This document shows positions 53,705 through 64,000 of a DNA stretch of 64,000 nt, one piece after another. Position 1 is the stretch's first letter; the number at the start of each line of letters is the position of its first letter. Where the stretch lies: positions 3,224,001 to 3,288,000 of the forward strand of contig OZ059897.1 of the NCBI GenBank assembly GCA_964057225.1, read 5' to 3'. The notes under the pieces are model-generated. The model worked only from the letters and a program-made list of their open reading frames with translations. It searched no databases and was not told the DNA's origin. The position numbers were made by a program, and so were the translations under genes. Source of the DNA: Auanema rhodensis. Taxonomy: Eukaryota > Animalia > Nematoda.

Positions 53705-56700
53705 AATGATTTTTTTGTTGAATAACATTGTCCATCGTCTTCGTCTTGAAAAAAGGAATCTAAAAACATCTACTTTTTGTGAAATTATTTAGAAATTTTT
53801 CGGGAAAATTTTTGTCAAAATGTTTTTGGAAGCAATGTTGAGTGTACATGGGAACTCAACATACACTAATGCATTATTTTTCAAACGATCATAACTAGTT
53901 TTTGTATAGAGCGTTTCTCAATGTAGTATAGTGCATTCGATGCGGATTTTTAAGCTGCGTTGATCTGTGTTATCAGATTTGAGTTAACTTAAAAATGCAC
54001 CGAGATATCAACTGATATAGGTTCACACTTATATCCTCGATTTTCACCCTGAAGAAGTAGTTTTTTCGTTGAAAAACATTGTCCATCGTCTTCGTCATGA
54101 AAAAAGGAATCTAAAAACATCTACTTTTTAAGAAATTATATAGAAATTTTTCGGGAAAATTTTTGTCAAAATGTTTTTGGAAGCAATGTTGAGTGTACAT
54201 GGGAACTCAACATACACTAATGCATTATTTTTCAAACGATCATAACTTATTTTTGTATAGAGCGTTTCTCAATGTAGTATAGTGCATTCGATGCGGATTT
54301 TTAAGCTGCGTCGATCTGTGTTATCAGATTTGAGTTAGCTTAAAAATGCACCGAGATATCAACTGATATATGTTCACACTTATATCCTCGATTTTCACCC
54401 TGAAGAAATGATTTTTTCGTTGAATAACATTGTCCATCGTCTTCGTCTTAAAAAAAGGAATCTAAAAACATCTACTTTTTGTGAAATTATTTAGAAATTT
54501 TTCGGGAAAATTTTTGTCAAAATGTTTTTGGAAGCAATGTTGAGTGTACATGGGAACTCAACATACACTAATGCATTATTTTTCAAACGATCATAACTAA
54601 TTTTTGTAAATAGCGTTTCTCAAGGTAGTATAGTGCATTCGATGCGGATTTTTAAGCTGCGTCGATCTGTGTTATCAGATTTGAGTTAGCTTAAAAATGC
54701 ACCGAGATATCAACTGATATATGTTCACACTTATATCCTCGATTTTCACCCTGAAGAAATAGTTTTTTCGTTGAAAAACATTGTCCATCGTCTTTGCCTT
54801 GAAAAAAGGAATCTAAAAACATCTACTTTTTGTGAAATTATTTAGAAATTTTTCGGGAAAATTTTTGTCAAAATGTTTTTGGAAGCAATGTTGAGTGTAC
54901 ATGGGAACTCAACATACAGTAATGCATTATTTTTCAAACGATCATAACTTATTTTTGTATAGAGCGTTTCTCAATGTAGTATAGTGCATTCGATGCGGAT
55001 TTTTAAGCTGCGTCGATCTGTGTTATCAGATTTGAGTTAGCTTAAAAATGCACCGAGATATCAACTGATATATGTTCACACTTATATCCTCGACTTTCAC
55101 CCTGAAGAAATGATTTTTTCGTTGAATAACATTGTCCATCGTCTTCGTCTTGAAAAAAGGAATCTAAAAACATCTACTTTTTGTGAAATTATTTAGAAAT
55201 TTTTCGGGAAAATTTTTGTCAAAATGTTTTTGGAAGCAATGTTGAGTGTACATGGGAACTCAACATACACTAATGCATTATTTTTCAAACGATCATAACT
55301 TATTTTTGTATAGAGCGTTTCTCAATGTAGTATAGTGCATTCGATGCGGATTTTTAAGCTGCGTCGATCTGTGTTATCCGATTTGAGTTAGCTTAAAAAT
55401 GCACCGAGATATCAACTGATATATGTTCACACTTATATCCTCGATTTTCACCCTGAAGAAATGATTTTTTCGTTGAATAACATTGTCCATCGTCTTCGTC
55501 TTGAAAAAAGGAATCTAAAAACATCTACTTTTTGTGAAATTATTTAGAAATTTTTCGGGAAAATTTTTGTCAAAATGTTTTTGGAAGCAATGTTGAGTGT
55601 ACATGGGAACTCAACATACACTAATGCATTATTTTTCAAACGATCATAACTAATTTTTGTATAGAGCGTTTCTCAATGTAGTATAGTGCATTCGATGCGG
55701 ATTTTTAAGCTGCGTTGATCTGTGTTATCAGATTTGAGTTAACTTAAAAATGCACCGAGATATCAACTGATATATGTTCACACTTATATCCTCGATTTTC
55801 ACCCTGAAGAAATGATTTTTTCGTTGAATAACATTGTCCATCGTCTTCGTCTTGAAAAAAGGAATCTAAAAACATCTACTTTTTGTGAAATTATTTAGAA
55901 ATTTTTCGGGAAAATTTTTGTCAAAATGTTTTTGGAAGCAATGTTGAGTGTACATGGGAACTCAACATACACTAATGCATTATTTTTCAAACGATCATAA
56001 CTAATTTTTGTATAGAGCGTTTCTCAATGTAGTATAGTGCATTCGATGCGGATTTTTAAGCTGCGTTGATCTGTGTTATCAGATTTGAGTTAACTTAAAA
56101 ATGCACCGAGATATCAACTGATATAGGTTCACACTTATATCCTCGATTTTCACCCTGAAGAAGTAGTTTTTTCGTTGAAAAACATTGTCCATCGTCTTCG
56201 TCATGAAAAAAGGAATCTAAAAACATCTACTTTTTAAGAAATTATATAGAAATTTTTCGGGAAAATTTTTGTCAAAATGTTTTTGGAAGCAATGTTGAGT
56301 GTACATGGGAACTCAACATACACTAATGCATTATTTTTCAAACGATCATAACTTATTTTTGTATAGAGCGTTTCTCAATGTAGTATAGTGCATTCGATGC
56401 GGATTTTTAAGCTGCGTCGATCTGTGTTATCAGATTTGAGTTAGCTTAAAAATGCACCGAGATATCAACTGATATATGTTCACACTTATATCCTCGATTT
56501 TCACCCTGAAGAAATAGTTTTTTCGTTGAAAAACATTGTCCATCGTCTTTGCCTTGAAAAAAGGAATCTAAAAACATCTACTTTTTGTGAAATTATTTAG
56601 AAATTTTTCGGGAAAATTTTTGTCAAAATGTTTTTGGAAGCAATGTTGAGTGTACATGGGAACTCAACATACACTAATGCATTATTTTTCAAACGATCAT

Positions 56701-59671
56701 AACTTATTTTTGTATAGAGCGTTTCTCAATGTAGTATAGTGCATTCGATGCGGATTTTTAAGCTGCGTCGATCTGTGTTATCCGATTTGAGTTAGCTTAA
56801 AAATGCACCGAGATATCAACTGATATATGTTCACACTTATATCCTCGATTTTCACCCTGAAGAAATGATTTTTTCGTTGAATAACATTGTCCATCGTCTT
56901 CGTCTTGAAAAAAGGAATCTAAAAACATCTACTTTTTGTGAAATTATTTAGAAATTTTTCGGGAAAATTTTTGTCAAAATGTTTTTGGAAGCAATGTTGA
57001 GTGTACATGGGAACTCAACATACACTAATGCATTATTTTTCAAACGATCATAACTAATTTTTGTATAGAGCGTTTCTCAATGTAGTATAGTGCATTCGAT
57101 GCGGATTTTTAAGCTGCGTTGATCTGTGTTATCAGATTTGAGTTAACTTAAAAATGCACCGAGATATCAACTGATATAGGTTCACACTTATATCCTCGAT
57201 TTTCACCCTGAAGAAGTAGTTTTTTCGTTGAAAAACATTGTCCATCGTCTTCGTCATGAAAAAAGGAATCTAAAAACATCTACTTTTTAAGAAATTATAT
57301 AGAAATTTTTCGGGAAAATTTTTGTCAAAATGTTTTTGGAAGCAATGTTGAGTGTACATGGGAACTCAACATACACTAATGCATTATTTTTCAAACGATC
57401 ATAACTTATTTTTGTATAGAGCGTTTCTCAATGTAGTATAGTGCATTCGATGCGGATTTTTAAGCTGCGTCGATCTGTGTTATCAGATTTGAGTTAGCTT
57501 AAAAATGCACCGAGATATCAACTGATATATGTTCACACTTATATCCTCGATTTTCACCCTGAAGAAATAGTTTTTTCGTTGAAAAACATTGTCCATCGTC
57601 TTTGCCTTGAAAAAAGGAATCTAAAAACATCTACTTTTTGTGAAATTATTTAGAAATTTTTCGGGAAAATTTTTGTCAAAATGTTTTTGGAAGCAATGTT
57701 GAGTGTACATGGGAACTCAACATACACTAATGCATTATTTTTCAAACGATCATAACTTATTTTTGTATAGAGCGTTTCTCAATGTAGTATAGTGCATTCG
57801 ATGCGGATTTTTAAGCTGCGTCGATCTGTGTTATCCGATTTGAGTTAGCTTAAAAATGCACCGAGATATCAACTGATATATGTTCACACTTATATCCTCG
57901 ATTTTCACCCTGAAGAAATGATTTTTTTGTTGAATAACATTGTCCATCGTCTTCGTCTTGAAAAAAGGAATCTAAAAACATCTACTTTTTGTGAAATTAT
58001 TTAGAAATTTTTCGGGAAAATTTTTGTCAAAATGTTTTTGGAAGCAATGTTGAGTGTACATGGGAACTCAACATACACTAATGCATTATTTTTCAAACGA
58101 TCATAACTAATTTTTGTATAGAGCGTTTCTCAATGTAGTATAGTGCATTCGATGCGGATTTTTAAGCTGCGTTGATCTGTGTTATCAGATTTGAGTTAAC
58201 TTAAAAATGCACCGAGATATCAACTGATATAGGTTCACACTTATATCCTCGATTTTCACCCTGAAGAAGTAGTTTTTTCGTTGAAAAACATTGTCCATCG
58301 TCTTCGTCATGAAAAAAGGAATCTAAAAACATCTACTTTTTAAGAAATTATATAGAAATTTTTCGGGAAAATTTTTGTCAAAATGTTTTTGGAAGCAATG
58401 TTGAGTGTACATGGGAACTCAACATACACTAATGCATTATTTTTCAAACGATCATAACTTATTTTTGTATAGAGCGTTTCTCAATGTAGTATAGTGCATT
58501 CGATGCGGATTTTTAAGCTGCGTCGATCTGTGTTATCAGATTTGAGTTAGCTTAAAAATGCACCGAGATATCAACTGATATATGTTCACACTTATATCCT
58601 CGATTTTCACCCTGAAGAAATGATTTTTTCGTTGAATAACATTGTCCATCGTCTTCGTCTTAAAAAAAGGAATCTAAAAACATCTACTTTTTGTGAAATT
58701 ATTTAGAAATTTTTCGGGAAAATTTTTGTCAAAATGTTTTTGGAAGCAATGTTGAGTGTACATGGGAACTCAACATACACTAATGCATTATTTTTCAAAC
58801 GATCATAACTAATTTTTGTAAATAGCGTTTCTCAAGGTAGTATAGTGCATTCGATGCGGATTTTTAAGCTGCGTCGATCTGTGTTATCAGATTTGAGTTA
58901 GCTTAAAAATGCACCGAGATATCAACTGATATATGTTCACACTTATATCCTCGATTTTCACCCTGAAGAAATAGTTTTTTCGTTGAAAAACATTGTCCAT
59001 CGTCTTTGCCTTGAAAAAAGGAATCTAAAAACATCTACTTTTTGTGAAATTATTTAGAAATTTTTCGGGAAAATTTTTGTCAAAATGTTTTTGGAAGCAA
59101 TGTTGAGTGTACATGGGAACTCAACATACACTAATGCATTATTTTTCAAACGATCATAACTTATTTTTGTATAGAGCGTTTCTCAATGTAGTATAGTGCA
59201 TTCGATGCGGATTTTTAAGCTGCGTCGATCTGTGTTATCAGATTTGAGTTAGCTTAAAAATGCACCGAGATATCAACTGATATATGTTCACACTTATATC
59301 CTCGACTTTCACCCTGAAGAAATGATTTTTTCGTTGAATAACATTGTCCATCGTCTTCGTCTTGAAAAAAGGAATCTAAAAACATCTACTTTTTGTGAAA
59401 TTATTTAGAAATTTTTCGGGAAAATTTTTGTCAAAATGTTTTTGGAAGCAATGTTGAGTGTACATGGGAACTCAACATACACTAATGCATTATTTTTCAA
59501 ACGATCATAACTTATTTTTGTATAGAGCGTTTCTCAATGTAGTATAGTGCATTCGATGCGGATTTTTAAGCTGCGTCGATCTGTGTTATCAGATTTGAGT
59601 TAGCTTAAAAATGCACCGAGATATCAACTGATATATGTTCACACTTATATCCTCGATTTTCACCCTGAAGA
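53705..59671 (+). repeat. Block repeated at 12-monomer spacing (4212 bp)
   Basis: The series A(tttttTg)-B-A(cttAaaa, caaGgt)-C(gaCttt)-A occurs at 53705-55459 and at 57917-59671; cttAaaa is at 54450/58662. Confidence 0.75.
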
Positions 59672-60022
59672 AATGATTTTTTCGTTGAATAACATTGTCC
59701 ATCGTCTTCGTCTTGAAAAAAGGAATCTAAAAACATCTACTTTTTGTGAAATTATTTAGAAATTTTTCGGGAAAATTTTTGTCAAAATGTTTTTGGAAGC
59801 AATGTTGAGTGTACATGGGAACTCAACATACACTAATGCATTATTTTTCAAACGATCATAACTTATTTTTGTATAGAGCGTTTCTCAATGTAGTATAGTG
59901 CATTCGATGCGGATTTTTAAGCTGCGTCGATCTGTGTTATCAGATTTGAGTTAGCTTAAAAATGCACCGAGATATCAACTGATATATGTTCACACTTATA
60001 TCCTCGATTTTCACCCTGAAGA

Positions 60023-63000
60023 AATAGTTTTTTCGTTGAAAAACATTGTCCATCGTCTTTGCCTTGAAAAAAGGAATCTAAAAACATCTACTTTTTGTGA
60101 AATTATTTAGAAATTTTTCGGGAAAATTTTTGTCAAAATGTTTTTGGAAGCAATGTTGAGTGTACATGGGAACTCAACATACACTAATGCATTATTTTTC
60201 AAACGATCATAACTTATTTTTGTATAGAGCGTTTCTCAATGTAGTATAGTGCATTCGATGCGGATTTTTAAGCTGCGTCGATCTGTGTTATCAGATTTGA
60301 GTTAGCTTAAAAATGCACCGAGATATCAACTGATATATGTTCACACTTATATCCTCGATTTTCACCCTGAAGAAATGATTTTTTCGTTGAATAACATTGT
60401 CCATCGTCTTCGTCTTGAAAAAAGGAATCTAAAAACATCTACTTTTTGTGAAATTATTTAGAAATTTTTCGGGAAAATTTTTGTCAAAATGTTTTTGGAA
60501 GCAATGTTGAGTGTACATGGGAACTCAACATACACTAATGCATTATTTTTCAAACGATCATAACTTATTTTTGTATAGAGCGTTTCTCAATGTAGTATAG
60601 TGCATTCGATGCGGATTTTTAAGCTGCGTCGATCTGTGTTATCCGATTTGAGTTAGCTTAAAAATGCACCGAGATATCAACTGATATATGTTCACACTTA
60701 TATCCTCGATTTTCAACCTGAAGAAATGATTTTTTCGTTGAATAACATTGTCCATCGTCTTCGTCTTGAAAAAAGGAATCTAAAAACATCTACTTTTTGT
60801 GAAATTATTTAGAAATTTTTCGGGAAAATTTTTGTCAAAATGTTTTTGGAAGCAATGTTGAGTGTACATGGGAACTCAACATACACTAATGCATTATTTT
60901 TCAAACGATCATAACTAATTTTTGTATAGAGCGTTTCTCAATGTAGTATAGTGCATTCGATGCGGATTTTTAAGCTGCGTTGATCTGTGTTATCAGATTT
61001 GAGTTAACTTAAAAATGCACCGAGATATCAACTGATATAGGTTCACACTTATATCCTCGATTTTCACCCTGAAGAAGTAGTTTTTTCGTTGAAAAACATT
61101 GTCCATCGTCTTCGTCATGAAAAAAGGAATCTAAAAACATCTACTTTTTAAGAAATTATATAGAAATTTTTCGGGAAAATTTTTGTCAAAATGTTTTTGG
61201 AAGCAATGTTGAGTGTACATGGGAACTCAACATACACTAATGCATTATTTTTCAAACGATCATAACTTATTTTTGTATAGAGCGTTTCTCAATGTAGTAT
61301 AGTGCATTCGATGCGGATTTTTAAGCTGCGTCGATCTGTGTTATCCGATTTGAGTTAGCTTAAAAATGCACCGAGATATCAACTGATATATGTTCACACT
61401 TATATCCTCGATTTTCACCCTGAAGAAATGATTTTTTCGTTGAATAACATTGTCCATCGTCTTCGTCTTGAAAAAAGGAATCTAAAAACATCTACTTTTT
61501 GTGAAATTATTTAGAAATTTTTCGGGAAAATTTTTGTCAAAATGTTTTTGGAAGCAATGTTGAGTGTACATGGGAACTCAACATACACTAATGCATTATT
61601 TTTCAAACGATCATAACTAATTTTTGTATAGAGCGTTTCTCAATGTAGTATAGTGCATTCGATGCGGATTTTTAAGCTGCGTTGATCTGTGTTATCAGAT
61701 TTGAGTTAACTTAAAAATGCACCGAGATATCAACTGATATAGGTTCACACTTATATCCTCGATTTTCACCCTGAAGAAGTAGTTTTTTCGTTGAAAAACA
61801 TTGTCCATCGTCTTCGTCATGAAAAAAGGAATCTAAAACCATCTACTTTTTAAGAAATTATATAGAAATTTTTCGGGAAAATTTTTGTCAAAATGTTTTT
61901 GGAAGCAATGTTGAGTGTACATGGGAACTCAACATACACTAATGCATTATTTTTCAAACGATCATAACTTATTTTTGTATAGAGCGTTTCTCAATGTAGT
62001 ATAGTGCATTCGATGCGGATTTTTAAGCTGCGTCGATCTGTGTTATCAGATTTGAGTTAGCTTAAAAATGCACCGAGATATCAACTGATATATGTTCACA
62101 CTTATATCCTCGATTTTCACCCTGAAGAAATAGTTTTTTCGTTGAAAAACATTGTCCATCGTCTTTGCCTTGAAAAAAGGAATCTAAAAACATCTACTTT
62201 TTGTGAAATTATTTAGAAATTTTTCGGGAAAATTTTTGTCAAAATGTTTTTGGAAGCAATGTTGAGTGTACATGGGAACTCAACATACACTAATGCATTA
62301 TTTTTCAAACGATCATAACTTATTTTTGTATAGAGCGTTTCTCAATGTAGTATAGTGCATTCGATGCGGATTTTTAAGCTGCGTCGATCTGTGTTATCAG
62401 ATTTGAGTTAGCTTAAAAATGCACCGAGATATCAACTGATATATGTTCACACTTATATCCTCGATTTTCACCCTGAAGAAATGATTTTTTCGTTGAATAA
62501 CATTGTCCATCGTCTTCGTCTTGAAAAAAGGAATCTAAAAACATCTACTTTTTGTGAAATTATTTAGAAATTTTTCGGGAAAATTTTTGTCAAAATGTTT
62601 TTGGAAGCAATGTTGAGTGTACATGGGAACTCAACATACACTAATGCATTATTTTTCAAACGATCATAACTTATTTTTGTATAGAGCGTTTCTCAATGTA
62701 GTATAGTGCATTCGATGCGGATTTTTAAGCTGCGTCGATCTGTGTTATCCGATTTGAGTTAGCTTAAAAATGCACCGAGATATCAACTGATATATGTTCA
62801 CACTTATATCCTCGATTTTCACCCTGAAGAAATGATTTTTTCGTTGAATAACATTGTCCATCGTCTTCGTCTTGAAAAAAGGAATCTAAAAACATCTACT
62901 TTTTGTGAAATTATTTAGAAATTTTTCGGGAAAATTTTTGTCAAAATGTTTTTGGAAGCAATGTTGAGTGTACATGGGAACTCAACATACACTAATGCAT

Positions 63001-64000
63001 TATTTTTCAAACGATCATAACTAATTTTTGTATAGAGCGTTTCTCAATGTAGTATAGTGCATTCGATGCGGATTTTTAAGCTGCGTTGATCTGTGTTATC
63101 AGATTTGAGTTAACTTAAAAATGCACCGAGATATCAACTGATATAGGTTCACACTTATATCCTCGATTTTCACCCTGAAGAAGTAGTTTTTTCGTTGAAA
63201 AACATTGTCCATCGTCTTCGTAATGAAAAAAGGAATCTAAAAACATCTACTTTTTAAGAAATTATATAGAAATTTTTCGGGAAAATTTTTGTCAAAATGT
63301 TTTTGGAAGCAATGTTGAGTGTACATGGGAACTCAACATACACTAATGCATTATTTTTCAAACGATCATAACTTATTTTTGTATAGAGCGTTTCTCAATG
63401 TAGTATAGTGCATTCGATGCGGATTTTTAAGCTGCGTCGATCTGTGTTATCAGATTTGAGTTAGCTTAAAAATGCACCGAGATATCAACTGATATATGTT
63501 CACACTTATATCCTCGATTTTCACCCTGAAGAAATAGTTTTTTCGTTGAAAAACATTGTCCATCGTCTTTGCCTTGAAAAAAGGAATCTAAAAACATCTA
63601 CTTTTTGTGAAATTATTTAGAAATTTTTCGGGAAAATTTTTGTCAAAATGTTTTTGGAAGCAATGTTGAGTGTACATGGGAACTCAACATACACTAATGC
63701 ATTATTTTTCAAACGATCATAACTTATTTTTGTATAGAGCGTTTCTCAATGTAGTATAGTGCATTCGATGCGGATTTTTAAGCTGCGTCGATCTGTGTTA
63801 TCAGATTTGAGTTAGCTTAAAAATGCACCGAGATATCAACTGATATATGTTCACACTTATATCCTCGATTTTCACCCTGAAGAAATGATTTTTTCGTTGA
63901 ATAACATTGTCCATCGTCTTCGTCTTGAAAAAAGGAATCTAAAAACATCTACTTTTTGTGAAATTATTTAGAAATTTTTCGGGAAAATTTTTGTCAAAAT
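60023..64000 (+). repeat. Third copy of the C-A*(caAcctg)-A-B*-A-B(aaCcat)-C-A*-A-B block
   Basis: caAcctg at 60714 is followed by the same monomer order as at 20008-23517 and 39664-43173. Confidence 0.82.

Larger units (their letters stand above)
1..64000. repeat. Tandem satellite DNA array, 351-bp AT-rich monomer, ~182.3 head-to-tail copies
   Basis: The motif aatgattttttcgttgaataac (or its variants) recurs at 1, 352, 703 ... 7021, 14041, 21061, 28081, 35101, 42121, 49141 (exact multiples of 351) and continues to 63884. Copies differ by only a few substitutions. The array runs off both ends of the window. Confidence 0.99.

Noticed and set aside
1-64000. CRISPR array or other repeat-spacer system
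   Set aside because: There are no unique spacers: the entire 351 bp is repeated, and no cas or other genes are present.

Overview
The whole 64,000-bp window is one uninterrupted head-to-tail satellite DNA array: 182 complete copies plus one partial copy (63884-64000) of an AT-rich 351-bp monomer (hand count about 32% GC). All copies are in one orientation, and I saw no genes, transposon insertions or unique sequence. All ten listed ORFs are artefacts of single SNPs that remove a stop codon in individual monomers. The information lies in the variant pattern. Monomers fall into about 5 'head' haplotypes (A-E, monomer pos 1-90) and about 6 'tail' haplotypes (pos 190-351), joined through an almost invariant core (pos ~90-190). 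Private SNPs reveal nested higher-order repeats (HORs): 2-, 3-, 4-, 6-, 7- and 12-monomer duplications, a regular tetramer array (41770-47385) that converts into a trimer array (47386-53704), and a ~19.7-kb (56-monomer) super-repeat with a partial third copy. Each monomer carries several dyad symmetries: a 9-bp inverted repeat (IR), a 10-bp palindrome, and a long imperfect hairpin with an 11-bp perfect arm pair whose two common polymorphic sites are pairing partners. This looks like eukaryotic (peri)centromeric or heterochromatic satellite. I cannot assign the species or family from sequence alone. Monomer numbering: monomer n starts at 1+351(n-1) up to n=141; later starts shift by -1, 0 or +1 because of three 1-bp indels. 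All counts were made by eye and need computational confirmation.
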